A DNA stretch of 64,000 nucleotides from Lama guanicoe (taxonomy: Eukaryota), in contig MU053629.1 of NCBI GenBank assembly GCA_013239625.1, positions 4,925,567 through 4,989,566 on the forward strand. The letters are read 5' to 3'. The notes under the pieces are model-generated. The model made no database searches. It saw only the letters and a program-made list of their open reading frames with translations, and was not told where the DNA came from. How positions within the stretch are numbered: the first letter of the stretch is position 1; every line of letters starts with the position of its first letter. A program made the translations under genes and the position numbers. Below are positions 51,366-64,000 of the stretch, piece by piece.

Positions 51366-51508
51366 CAAAAATTAAAAAAAAAATTTTTAACGGGGGAGGC
51401 AGTTAGGTTTGTTTGTTTTATTTATTTTGACAGAGGTACTGGGAATTGAACCCAGGACCTCACACATGCTGGACATGCACTCTACCACTGAGTTATAGTC
51501 TCCCCCCC
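51366..51508 (-). mobile_element. tRNA-Ala-derived SINE
   Basis: Antisense head and tail; TSD AAGTTAAACTT at 51355 and 51509. Confidence 0.9.
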
Positions 51509-51565
51509 AAGTTAAACTTTTTTATTGTAAAAAAATATTTTACCCAAAATTTAGAATGTTTTGTC

Positions 51566-51709
51566 AGAGAGGATATAGCTCAGTGGTAGAGTGCATATGT
51601 AGCATACACAAGGTCCTGGGTTCAATTCCCAGTACCTCCACCTTAAAAAAAATTAATTAATTAAAAAATAAACAAATAAGCCTAATTACCCCTCTCCCCC
51701 CAAAAAAAT
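51566..51709 (+). mobile_element. tRNA-Ala-derived SINE
   Basis: atatagctcagtggtagagtgc...ggtcctgggttcaattcccagtacctcca plus tail; degenerate TSD cccaaaatttagaatgttttgtc / cccaaattttaaatattttggtc. Confidence 0.9.
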
Positions 51710-53049
51710 CCCCAAATTTTAAATATTTTGGTCTGGGTTTGTTATTTTAGTATTTATCACCTAGAAGGAGCTTTTTGAAGGACAAGGGTTTATGAAGTGT
51801 GGTACATAAATGGGGATGATTTTTAAATTATCTATCAAAAATCAGAGCCATGGTATGCCATTTCAACAGTGTTAGATTTATACTTTGCTTAAAGGAGAAC
51901 GGCATCTCCATGTTTTGTCATTATGTGAGAGCTAAATGCAACCCATGTGATTAAAGAGACCAGGAGAGGAGGAAGACAGCTACAGAAGGCACTACAGGTC
52001 ATTTTTCAATCATCTTATATTGAGAATTTAAAAATGAGAAATTGGGTGGAACAAGATTATAGAGAAGTATGTAACCAGCCTGACTTGCTGCTTTAGTAGA
52101 AACTATCTAACTAGGTTTTCTGGTTGAACTGGGCATTGTTGACAAATTGCTAATCTAACAGCTGCTTATGAACCATTTCAAGTGGAGAGGATTAGAAATG
52201 ACCCAGAAGTCAGTTCCATTGAATGAAGAATCTTTGAAAATAATGAATAAAATATTTTTGTAGTACTGTACAGGCTTTAATGTATGCAGTTAGAGAATTT
52301 TTGATGATTGCTTTTGTAGATAGAAAGCAAAAGTATAAATGAAATATGATATTGTTAAATGCCTATTTCGTCTATCTTTAGAATTCGTTTTGGCTTACAG
52401 TTGGTTACAAATTGATACCAGGTAAAGAGTCATAATGTAGAGTCTGCTTTATGACTGATCCTCTAAAATACTGCAGTGGGATATATGAATGATAGCAATT
52501 AGGTGGTTCAACAGAAAGTGCCCAATTCTTAGTCATAGTTTAGATATGACCATTAGTAACATAAGATCATAGCTAATGAGACAGTAAAATTGGCACTTCT
52601 TATTTAATCTTAAAAAGCACTCTGTTAACAATACTTGATGTTGCTTGAATATTATGTTTATCTTTCTCAGAACATGGTCCCTGCCTCTGTAGTTAGAACA
52701 GTGTTCTTATACATGCACATGCACTTGCACACATCTATGTATATGTATGAATGTGTTTGTTTGTAAAATCTTACATATCTGAAAAGGAGTTAAGTTAAAA
52801 TGTCTTCTTACTGAATGGTGAAGACCTCCCCCTCTTCATGCCCCATTGCCCTGCTCTGCCCTGGGACCACTGGAGGCCAACCCTATACTGCCAGAGCAGA
52901 AGACTGGGAGATTCCTCTCTGTCGAAAGTGATCAGATAAAAGGAAAAACAGGAATCCTCCAGATAGCCAGGTGCCTGTCTGATCACCCTGGAATGAAGTA
53001 CTGCTCACTCACACAGTTCATCTGATCATCTTTTCAGTGTCTTACTCTT

Positions 53050-54250
53050 ACCCATAAATGTACAGCCAAGGATTCCCTATTTGAGGAAAACGTCAAGCAC
53101 AGAAAGCAGAGACCAGAGCAAATACCACAGAAGAACTCAAGAGATTACAGAGACAGTGCAGGCAGCTGAAGAAAACAGCAACGTCAAACACCCAATTATT
53201 TATACCCTCAAGGGAAAGGAAGGTAACTACATTCAAGAAAAATAGAACACGATGTAGAGGGAACAGCAAAGAAAAAGAAATTTACAGCAATCAGAAAAAG
53301 CTCATGGAAGTTAAAGTTTTAATATAAGAGACGATAAAATTGAGGAAATCTCCCAGAAAATAGAGCTAAAGACAAGAGAGATAAATGCAGGAGGAAAAAG
53401 AAAATAAATGCAAGAGAAAAAATAAAACAGAGCAAAGGAAAATTAGGCAATCGGGGAAGCCCAGTGTCTAAATAATAGGCATACAAGAAAGAGAACAGAA
53501 AAAAGTTAAAGGGAAATTATTGTAAGAAAACTTCCCAGAACTAAAGGATATACATCTCTAAATGTAAAAGAGTTAGCAGTTATTGGTTCATACAGTTAAG
53601 AAAAAAAAAACCTACTCCAAGATACAATATTATAAAATTTCAGAATACACAAAGAGAAGCTTCTGTAAACTTCTGGAGGGGGATGTACATACAGGTGACT
53701 GGGAAGGATTGGGGATCAGAGTGGGACCCCAGCCTTCATGACAGCAGCACTAGAAGCCAGAAGATGAGGAAAGGCCTTCAGAAATCTGACTACGTACTTT
53801 CCTGTCTGCAATTCTATACTGATCCAAACTGTTAGTAAGTGTGGGTAGATGAAGATATTTTTTAGATAACTCAAGGAATTTAAAAAACAAAAAGTACTTC
53901 CCATGCCCCTTCTCAGGAAGCTACTGGAGGAAATACCCCACTAAAAAGAGAATATAAGAAAAGGAAGAAGTGAGATCAGGGAAACGGGGGGTCTGACATG
54001 AAGAGAGACAAGGGAATTCCCAGGATAAATTTAAGGGAAACTCCGTGACCATAGTTTTGTACCAGGCCTAGAGAGCAAGCAGCCCAAACTGGAGCCTGAT
54101 GGAGGGTTATAGGAGGTGTATTTTTAAGAAAGAAATTAAAGCAGATTTACCTGATATATTTGAATTTGTTGAGAGGAAAGTTACACTTTTAGCAGTTTGC
54201 AGATGAATTAGCAGTAGTTACGTAGAAAACTGAGAAAAATGCAAAAATGA
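53050..54250 (+). mobile_element. Old L1-like remnant (ORF1-region-like)
   Basis: A-rich; aaattgaggaaatctcccagaaa, aagaaaacttcccagaactaaagga and gcagcactagaagccagaaga resemble decayed L1/HAL1 ORF1. Confidence 0.6.
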
Positions 54251-54301
54251 TGCAGTTACTAACTAGAAGGAAAACAAGATCATAACAAAAAAGGAGCAGT
54301 A

Positions 54302-54704
54302 CCTAGAGAATGTCATTCTAAGTGAAGTAAGCCAGAAAGAGAAAGAAAAATACCATATGAGATCGCTCATATGTGGAATCTAAAAAGCAAACAAACAAAC
54401 AAACAAAAACAAAGCATAAATACAGGACAGAAATAGACGCATGGACAGAGAATACAGACTTGTGGTTACTGGGAGGGGGGTAGAGGGTGGGAAGGGATAG
54501 ACTGGGATTTCAAAATTGTAGAATAGATAAACAAGATTACACTGTATAGCACAGGGAAATATACACAAAATGTTATGATAAATCACAGAGAAAAAAATGT
54601 GACAACGAGTTTGTATATGTCCATGAATAAGTGAAAACAAGTGGAAACCACTGGAATTTGACACAACACTGTAAAATGATTATGAATCAATAAAAAATGT
54701 AAAA
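54302..54704 (+). mobile_element. Young 5'-truncated L1 with perfect TSD
   Basis: cattctaagtgaagtaagccagaaagagaaagaaaaataccatatga...tcaataaaaaatgtaaaa; 15-nt TSD AAAAAAGGAGCAGTA at 54287 and 54705. Confidence 0.92.
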
Positions 54705-55591
54705 AAAAAAGGAGCAGTAATCATAATGTGCTTTTGGCTCAGCTGTGAATATTACTTAACAGCCATAGTAATAACATAAACACCAACAATTGATTCAACC
54801 AAAAATTTTGATGGGAAGATAGAGGTAGAGGAGATGAAACAGATCAAAACCATTATCTTTTAATAGGAAGTCAGTTTTTTTCCTAAAAGGAAAAAATTTT
54901 AAATAGCTCTAGCCTTAGATAGTGGAATATAGTGAAAAATGCCAGAAGAAATCACTAAAAAGATGTGAAAGTTGGTTGCCTTAGGGATGTGAAAAATGTG
55001 AGAGGGGCAAGGGACATCTGTTTTACTTGTAAAACTGACTTTTGAAGCTGTGTGCATGTCTGGCTGATTAAAAAGATTAATTTCAAAAAGATGCCCCTCA
55101 CAGAATGCTTTCTCTAAGATTCTGAGAACTGTATCATTTGGGGATGAAGAGTCAGCAGAATGCTGTCTGAGGAGGTAATGATTTCTAGAAGTAGCAGTGG
55201 TTGATATTATCCTTAGTTATAAATATTCATTTTGTTGTAGTGCTAACAAATGGAGATTTTCAAACACATGAAAGATAAAAATGTACTGCATTTCAGCATC
55301 TCAGATGTGTTTAGTTTTCCTCTGTGTTGTCAACACTTTACGTTGTGAATTGACTGTTCCATGCTTCTCTGAAGCTTTCCAGTTGGGTGATACTTCAGAT
55401 GTTTGTGTTTCCTGTCCTGTTTTATTTCTTTTTTTTAAATACTGCGTGCTTACTACTGTCCTAAAGAATATACAGCAGCTGCTCCAATAATAGCAACAGA
55501 TACCTTCTCATCTTTCACTATACCTGATAATAAGGTGCAGTGGCTAATTTTAATCCAAATGTTTTCTTTTATCTTAACCACTAATTTTTTT

Positions 55592-56667
55592 ATTAATAAA
55601 CTTAATTTTTTTAGAGCAGTTTCAGGTTCACAGCAGAATTGAGCAGAAAATACAGAGTTCGCACATAGCTCTCCCCACCCACACATACACACTCCCCTAC
55701 CCTCAACATCCCTCATCAGTGTGGCATATTTGGTACAACTGATGAACCAACATGGACACATTATTATCAACCAAAGTCCACAGTTTACATTAGGGTTCAC
55801 TCTTGATGCTGTACATTCTCTGGGTTTTGACAAATGTGTAATGACATGTAGCCACCACTACAGTGTCATACAGAATAATTTCATTGCCCTAAAAATCCCT
55901 TGTTCTCCATCTATTCATCCCTCCCTCCCTCCCTCTCCCCAAACCCCTGGAAACCATGATCTTTTTATTGTTTCTGTAGCTGTGCCTTTTCCACAATGTC
56001 ATTTGGTTGGAATCGTACAGTTTGTAGCCTTTTCAGACTGGCTTCTTTCATTCAGTAATACGTCTTAAGTTTCTTCCATGTCTTTCATGACTTAATAGCT
56101 CATTTCTTTTTTTCTTTTTTACTGCACATATATTTTTTAAATTTACATATATGTACTGTTCATTGTGTCTAAGAACGTTAAGAGCTTTAGCTTTTTAAAC
56201 TTACGTAGTTATCAAAGGAATAAAGCGAACCACAAATTAAGAATTAATTCAGAAAGATACATATACTCTGCTATTAACAGTGACATTATTTACAATTGCC
56301 AAGATATGGAAGCATCCTGAGTGGACACCAATAGTTGAATAGATGATGAAGATGCAGCATATAAATATATAATGGAATACAACTCACACATAAGAAAGAA
56401 GGATATTTTGCCATTTGCAGCCCTTCATTTATTTTTTTGTTTTTACTTCAAAAACCAGAGTCTTGTAACCGGCATAAACATTTCCATTACATCAAAAACT
56501 TCAAAATACCTAGGAATGAGCTTAACCAAGGATATTACCTATACTTTGAAAACCGAAATGACACAAAGAAATGGAAAGATTTCTTGTGCTCTTGAATTGT
56601 AACAATCAACACTATCAAAATGGCCACACTACCCAAAGCAATCCACAGATCCAGTGCAACCCCTCCA
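55592..56667. mobile_element. Composite L1 block: antisense 3' end (~55592-56110) plus sense ORF2 fragments (~56240-56420 and ~56480-56665)
   Basis: ttagagcagtttcaggttcacagcagaattgagcagaaaatacagagttc (L1MA/MB-type 3' end, antisense); caattgccaagatatggaagc and aaaatggccacactacccaaagcaatccacagat (L1 ORF2, sense). Confidence 0.8.
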
Positions 56668-57405
56668 TGGTTAATTTTAATCCAGATGTTTTCTTTTATC
56701 TTAACCACTAATTTTTTTTTAAAGCCAAAGATGTTGAAACTTGAAGATGTTAAATAAATTGATCTTTTTTAAAGTTTTTCTGTTTCCTAATTAAAAGGCA
56801 TGTGGTTTGTTTCCTCTAAAAGACACTAGCATAGTATAAAAGTATATTTAGAGTAGAACTAGTTGTGTAACATTCAACAAATTTCTTAACCTTCTGAGGC
56901 CTCAGATTTCCCATCTATAAACTGGGGACAACACCTGCCTCGTAATTGTGATGATTAATTATGCATCCTGTGAAAGCAAAAACAAAAATTATATACCTGT
57001 GCCATTAACTTTTTTCTGTCGTTCATCAAGCAAGAGATTTTATTCTATGTTAATTGTCAACGTGTTCTTGCAAAAATAGAACAATAATACGTCTCTGTTG
57101 TATTTAAATCCTATACCTATAGAGTCAGGACGGAGCTGCCGTAAGTTTATGGATACCCACTGAATTTTGGTTTTTGTTTGTGTTTGACTTAGGAGAATGG
57201 AGTTGAATTGAAATGGAAGACATTCTTTTCTTTCTAAAAATTTATCCTGTTTTCTCTGTAAAACGAAATACATCTGACCAGTGCCAACTTAAATTTATTT
57301 TTAACCTATAATCTTTGAAGCATAATTTGTGCTATTTCTCTAAAAGCAGAGGCTTACTTTTAGGGCTTTTCTGTTGAAATCCCCATTCCTTTTAAAATAA
57401 GTAAT

Positions 57406-57520
57406 GGGGGGAGATATAGCTCAGTGGTAGAGTGCATGCTTAGCATGCATGAGGTCCTGTGTTCAGTCCCCAGTACTTCTGTTAAAATAAATAAGTAAAC
57501 CTAATTACCCCCCCCAAAAT
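57406..57520 (+). mobile_element. tRNA-Ala-derived SINE
   Basis: atatagctcagtggtagagtgcatgcttagcatgcatgaggtcctgtgttcagtccccagtac; TSD AAAATAAGTAA at 57394 and 57521. Confidence 0.92.
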
Positions 57521-59448
57521 AAAATAAGTAACAAAAATTTTTAAAACTATTTTGTACTCTTAGGACAGTTTCGATAGTATGGAGAAACTGATATCCTGCT
57601 GACATTATAGTTAGTAATTATTTAATTTCTGATAACATAATCTAAAAAAAAACATTTATAGGATTTGTGGTAGAATTTGTTTTTAAGGTCTACATTGGTG
57701 AACATAAGAGCTTGAGAGTTCATTTGGATTTATATTATAGTTATGTGTGTAACTTAGCACTGTAGAATCCATCTCCACTCTTTCTTTTTGTGTGACTTTC
57801 TTGTTTACTTTGTTCATCGTTCATTCATTGTCCAGACGTTTGATGAGTTTTTTACTATCGTTGGGCACTAGTGTTAGATGCTGAGGATAACACGACTTTG
57901 TACCATAGAGGACCTCAGTCTGATCATGGAATCATTTGTATGAAAAGAAAGTTATAATACAGCAAGGTAAGTGCTAAAATAAAGAGATGAACAATGGCCA
58001 GTAAAAGTAGTGTGAAGAGTGTCATTAAGTCTTGCTAGGCCCAGAGGGCAAGGCTGATGACAAAAGCTGGCTTTGAGGAAACAAAGCATTCTCCAGGCCG
58101 GAAAAGGCTCATACTTCTTTGATTAACCAGCTATATTGTATATAAAGCTGTTTGTACACTTTTTTTCTCACTTTTTTTTAATTGTTTTGTAATCTGCAAA
58201 TAACTTCAGTTTCTAGATGATTGGCTTGGGATGGATATCTCAGGGAGTAGAAGGAAATTAGGGAAGACAGCTTAGCTTTTGTGTTACTGGTACTTTGATA
58301 AGGTGAAAGGATAAAACATTTGGGAAAATAGAGGGCAAATGGTAAGCTTACATGTCTTTCATCCTGACATCTCCCTGTCGATGGTAAAGTCAGGGTTCTG
58401 CTGTTCATAGCTGTATGCCAGTCGAGTGAGTCAGTCATGTGTTTTTGTTGTTAATAGCTGTGTGATCTTTGGATTTCATTTTCCTCAACTTTAAAGTGAG
58501 AGAATTGGTGTAGATGGGCATTTCCTGTTGGTAGCCTCTTAGTAGTTGGGGAAAAAGGAGAGTGACCGAGTAAGTTTGACAATATAGAGTTAAAGTTAAA
58601 TAGATTTCTTTACCACAGCCTCATGCATGTGGATTAAATTCTGGGACTTCTTAGCCTGGCTTTGCAAACAGTAGAGAAAGTCTATAATGCTTCCAGCGTC
58701 ATCCTTTTCAAAATGGTTTAATGGAAAGATCATGGGGTTTAGAATCATGCGTATCTGGGTTTGAATCCTGATTGCTACTTAGTTGCTACACAGCCTTAGG
58801 TAAGTTATTTAACCTTTCTTAACTAGTTTCTTCATATGTAAAGCTGGAAGGATGACACCTCGTGGAGTTGTAAAAGATTTAGTGACAACCCATATGAAAT
58901 ATCAACTGTATCTGGTATATAATGGGTAAAAAAGGTATGGTTTAAGCCCTATAATAATACCCAAGTTAGTGTAGAATGTAATGCCTGGTAATGTTATTTG
59001 TATGCTGCCTACATCTGGTGTTTGAGGTGGGCTGTCTATGTTTCATACATACTTACATAATTTTTCTACAAGAAAACAAATGTTCTTGAGGGCTCATTAT
59101 TATCTTTTGCCATCCACTCAGCACTCTCCTGAATCCTCAGTGTTTGATAAAAATACCTGAAAATTCCATTGTAACAGTGAAATGTGGTGAGATGTGGCTC
59201 TACCTGGTATATATTTTACATCTTCTATAACCCTTGGTAGATGTTAGTGAATTTATGAATATTAATTTTAAGTTTCTTTGGTTACTTACATTAAATGGTT
59301 GAATTCTAAGTTTGAAATGAGTAGAATTGACTGTAAATGAGCTGACCATTAAGCAAAGCATAAGGAGTAAGTATTATAATAAAGTACTGTTTAATGTTGC
59401 AGACTATACTGTTGAATACTAATATTTACGTTTTGTTTTGTCTCTAAG

Positions 59449-59893
59449 CAAATGGTTATGAGCCTTAGAGTTTCTGAGCTCCAAGTACTGTTGGGCTACG
59501 CCGGGAGAAACAAGCACGGACGCAAACACGAACTTCTCACAAAAGCCCTGCATTTGCTAAAGGCTGGCTGCAGTCCTGCTGTACAAATGAAAATTAAAGA
59601 ACTCTATAGGCGGAGGTTCCCCCAGAAAATCATGACGCCTGCGGACTTGTCCATCCCCAACGTACATTCAAGTCCTATGCCAGCAACTTTGTCTCCATCT
59701 ACCATTCCACAGCTCACTTATGACGGTCACCCTGCATCATCACCGTTACTCCCTGTTTCTCTTCTGGGACCTAAACATGAACTGGAACTCCCACATCTAA
59801 CATCAGCTCTTCACCCAGTCCATCCGGATATAAAACTTCAAAAATTACCATTTTATGACTTACTGGATGAACTGATAAAACCCACCAGTCTAG
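59449..59893 (+). CDS. PIAS1: PIAS1 exon 2 (SUMO E3 ligase; SAP domain with LxxLL motif, Ser90 region, start of PINIT region)
   Basis: Translates as QMVMSLRVSELQVLLGYAGRNKHGRKHELLTKALHLLKAG...KLPFYDLLDELIKPTSL. Acceptor ttttgttttgtctctaag ends at 59448, branch-like TACTAAT lies at 59417-59423, and donor G|GTAAGA starts at 59894 (phase 1). Later exons were not found in the window. Confidence 0.98.
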
Positions 59894-60656
59894 GTAAGAT
59901 TATTCTATAATGGTTATTTGGTTTCTTTTGGGGGATACATTTTCATTTTTGAGTTTGACTTTGACCCAGTTTATTATTCATAATGAAATTTACATGTGGT
60001 AATAGCATCCAGATGATGATAAGGATCTTTCAATTTTAGACAAAAATCAAATACGTAAAAGCTGTTTTAGACAGAAAAAAAGTACATTCAAGTCTTCAGT
60101 GATGGTTGCTGACCAGTGAATGTTAAAAAGTTTCCAAGAATATAAATGTTTTTAAAGTGTAATGTTTTAGATTGTTGATAAATATTTCATAATAACCCTT
60201 ACAAATTAGAAAATTAAAACCCAGTGACTACTACCAGTCTTTGAATTCAGTTTTTGATTTTCAAGGATTAATGACATCTGAAACAAATGACTATTTTCGA
60301 TTATTTAAGTAAGTAAATGGTTTTAATTATTATAAAAGGGGATTTGAGCTTAGATGTATAGTATTTCACCTGACTTTTTCAAGTGGATACGTGTACTTTG
60401 CAGGTATACACTTGATCATGGTTATATACTACTAATGAATACTTGAACCTTCAGTTACTGTGTTTCCCCATCATTTGATTAGTGTCTAGATATTAATAGA
60501 ATTTGATGCATTAATCAGCTTGTAATTTTAATTGCTATAATGCTATCTTACTTTATTTAAGGTGGAGTAAAACTGACCTATTGTGATCTCTGATGCCTTT
60601 GGTGTAATATATATCACCAAATTTGTATTTGTAATATATGTCAAACATTAGGAACT

Positions 60657-60790
60657 GGGAAGGTGTAGCTCATTGGTAGAGTACGTGTTTGAGTGCACGA
60701 GTTTGAGTAATGGAGGTCCTGGGTTCAATCCCCAGTGCCTCCATTAAGGGAAAAAAAATTTTTTTTAAATCCAAAAAAAACAAAGTTTAA
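60657..60790 (+). mobile_element. tRNA-Ala-derived SINE with altered internal segment
   Basis: A box tagctcattgg and B box ggttcaatcc, with extra sequence between them (gtttgagt twice). Confidence 0.8.
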
Positions 60791-60825
60791 AATATCAGAC
60801 TTCCAGATGCTGGTTTGTTATAAAT

Positions 60826-61048
60826 CAGTGGTTGGCAAACTATGGCTGGCAAGGCAGATCCAACTTGCAGCTTGTTTTTGTGAGTCTGAGCTAAGAATGT
60901 TTTGGTTTTTTTTTTTTTTTAATATTCCTAAAGTATCGTAGAATAATAACAAAAACAAAGAAGAATACACAACAGAGACCATGTATGTCTGCAAAACATA
61001 AAATATTTACTGTCTGACCCTTAACAGAAAAAGTTTGCCGACCCCTGT
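60826..61048. mobile_element. MER58-like element
   Basis: TIRs cagtggttggcaaact...agtttgccgacccctg. Confidence 0.8.
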
Positions 61049-61149
61049 TACAAATCATTAAATATTTCATTGTGGGGAATTGGTGAGTGATTTATATATA
61101 TTCTTTCCCAGATTCTTTCCCATTATAGATTATTAGAAGATATAGATTA

Positions 61150-61410
61150 GTTTTGTTTAGGCATGAGTTACACTGCTGTTGGCCATGAACTTAGTGTTAA
61201 TGAATCATCAATATATGTTAAATAAGGTGTCTCTAAACAGAAACACACATAAAACAAGTTTAGGTATTGATCAGTTGATGAAAACGTGATCAGAGGCTTG
61301 CAGGAACCTAACCCTACATTGCCCATAGGAGCAGTGGTTCAGTATTCACTAATTCATTGTTTGTGGTGACTTTATAGAACAGCTACCACAAGTAATAAAA
61401 ATCGACTATA
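61150..61410. mobile_element. Tigger-family (MER82-like) fragment
   Basis: aaataaggtgtctctaaacagaaacacacataaaacaag...cagaggcttgcaggaacctaaccctaca...ggagcagtggttcagtattcactaattca. Confidence 0.65.
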
Positions 61411-62960
61411 CATTTAAAGTATAATTTGATTTGAATACCAGTTTTCAAGAATAAATTCATTGTGGTATACACACTGAATGAATAGGTGGTGTAGAATTGC
61501 TTGATGGTATGTAAATAGATTTCTAGTTTCTCATTGTTATCATAGAATTAAAACAAAAGCAAACATTTTGGTTATGCATAAAAATATCTCACTAGAAAGT
61601 AATTTGTAGAAGTTAATTGATTCAGTAAATATTCAGGGGATGGAAATGCTCAGTGAATCTGAAAAGGATTGTAAAAAGATGCTGAATAATCTGCAGCATT
61701 TAAGATGAATATATTTTGAGGCTCTGTTAAATAAAAAACAATTGAAAAAAGAGCTGTAAGATTTTTTAACATTGTTAAAAGACTACCTTTGTACTTCATT
61801 AAATGCAGTGACTACTTCATCATGGAATTCATTTTTCTGAAGGATTAGAAATTTGTTTTGAATCTAAGAAAACAATGTTGTCTGAAAAATTAAATGGCTT
61901 CCAACATTCTCTTTGTTTCTAAACATATATACATTTAAAATCATTACAAGCTCTTAAGATTTTAGTTTTGACCTGTAGCTAGCTAGTTCATCACGATAAT
62001 CACTTGAGTCAAGACTGTGATGGGTAAATTTCATTTTTCATTTTTTTCCCTTTCCATTTTGTCCTTAAGCACTATGTCCTTTAAACAGATTTTAAGATGT
62101 CTAGTGTAAGCTGAATGTTTTTATGCATGGTTCATGTTTCTTACTAAAATCAAAATACTTGTGGTATTCCTCCATCTTATTAGATAATTCATTTCTTTAA
62201 CGTTCAGTATTTCTAAGGTCTTTATCATTTTGGAACACATATTAAACAGAATTCTTTTTATTTTCCATGGTTAACCAGAAGAATTGAGAGATGAAGTAGA
62301 GGTGGTTGTAAAGTAAAATGTTTGATTTACTGTGTATTTTTTGTCTGTCAATATTAAAATCCTGTTTGTTCTATGAGGCCCATTTCAAATGCTTTTTAAA
62401 ACCTTTTCCATTAGTCTTTCTAAGATGTCACCCTTATATCTGCCTGTTTCTTCCCCTATCCAGATCAGTTTCACTTTGCTGCATGCTCTTACAGCATTTT
62501 GTTGTTGTTAGTTCCTCAAAATGGTAGGGTCTGCTGTATTCATGTGTATATTTCCATAATAGCTAGCTGTGAACCTGTTATGTGGTAGTAGTTCAGTAAA
62601 CATTTATTAGCTCTCCAATTTATTTAAAAACAATAGAGTCTTTTACTTTATTCTAATTCAGTGAATTTTAACTATTTTACATTCCAAACACAACTGTGGC
62701 ACAGCATGTATCATAAACAGTAAATAGTGGCTTATGATGGGGATGGGAAATAGAGGAGGGAGAAAAGCAGTGTCCTTCCCTTTATTGTTCTGCCCCTGCT
62801 CTGATCTCTGGTTGATTGATGACTCGGATATTTCATATACTCTATTTAAAATTTTTTCCTAATTATTAAAATACCACATGTTTGATGTAGAATCCATAGA
62901 CACTGCTTTAAAGAATAAATTTTAAAGTATTCCTAGTGTGTTTTTCTAGTCAGTCTTTGT

Positions 62961-62996
62961 TGTGTGTGTGTGTGTGTGTGTGTTTGTGTGCGTGTG
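62961..62996 (+). repeat. (TG)n microsatellite
   Basis: 11 perfect TG units followed by an interrupted tail. Confidence 0.95.
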
Positions 62997-64000
62997 TTTC
63001 TGCTTTTGAAGAGGAGAATCTCAAATATTAACTGACTTAACCCAGCAGGATCTTAGCCACATGTATTGATCCCGACTATTTCAGTCTTCATAGTGTATTG
63101 AGCACCAGGTGTTAGAGTGTACTTCGTTTGAAACATCTTATTTGCATAGTGTGCCACTGTTGGTGTTGATGAGCCAGGGATTTTACACAATTATGAAAGT
63201 CAGAAGGACAAGTAATTTTGGATTAAAGTATTTTGTTATGTCCATTTAAGGCAAGATATTTCCCCTTAGTCCTTTAATATTATTTTATTTAGAATAATAA
63301 AATTATTTAGAACATTTTTATTTTATATATATTCTTTAAGTTGGCCAGTATTAAAGCAAATAAAGGCAAAAACAAAATATTTCACAGTGACTGAAAGAAT
63401 AATAATCCTTTAGAATGTAGCATTTGATTTCAATTTTAAGTAAACAACTTCATTAATACTCAATTTTATATTTGTTACTAAGTTTATTTCTGTCTTCCTT
63501 GACTCAGGTAAATCTTCAAAGAGAAAGTACATTTTTCCATGTAGTGCCTGTACATATTTTTAATTGTTGCAGTTGTTTCAATGGCTAACGTGTAGAGAAC
63601 AGTTATTTTGCATTCATTTGGAGTAGTCATGTAAGTTTGGTAAACTGTCTCAAGGGTTTGCTTCATATGAAATTTAAACCAAATTGTATGTGCTCTAAGG
63701 ATGTCTTCCTTTTCAGGTTTTTAAAAATCTTAGATAATACATCAGAGTAAGTTCATATTCCGTGTCTATGGATTAGAGATGTCTCATAGATATAAGGAAT
63801 AATAATTGACTTTGAGTGTTGTTTCTAATGTTCGGATTCAGTGTTCTTCCAGCTGATTACTGAAGGATAGATATGCTATCGTCTGTTATCCAAATTGGAA
63901 CCAGTAGTTAATTGATAAAAGTGATGAATAATAAAAGTGATACATAATAATCTAAACATCTTACCTTAATGTAAAACATATTAATGTATATTTACTTGCC

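Noticed and set aside
59894..59910. C-terminal GKIIL* of the 152-aa ORF
   Set aside because: Read-through past the exon 2 donor GTAAGA into intron 2.

Overview
Mammalian genomic DNA, most likely from a camelid (inferred from many copies of a tRNA-Ala-derived SINE of the Vic-1 type). The window holds the 5' end of PIAS1 on the + strand: a CpG-island promoter (~28.6-29.7 kb), a 24-nt coding exon 1 (28969-28992, MADSAELK), a 30,456-nt intron 1, and the 445-nt exon 2 (59449-59893, SAP domain to the start of the PINIT region). The first ~28 kb is intergenic and rich in transposable elements: solo LTRs, old L1 and L2 fragments, MLT and MER elements, SINEs. Intron 1 contains a disabled, processed ANAPC11 retrocopy on the - strand. 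Next to it is a ~350-bp element that looks like an L1 5' end fused to an L1 3' tail, inserted at the same target site. Other points of note are a multi-level nested TE stack, several tandem and direct duplications, an inverted SINE pair, candidate regulatory motif clusters and one 53-N assembly gap. Apart from those overlapping PIAS1 and the pseudogene, the ORF-track entries look spurious. Repeat family names are recalled from consensus sequences and were not checked by a search; old-repeat boundaries are approximate. I found no solid evidence for a new multi-gene system. The best novelty candidates are the bipartite L1-derived element and the motif clusters.
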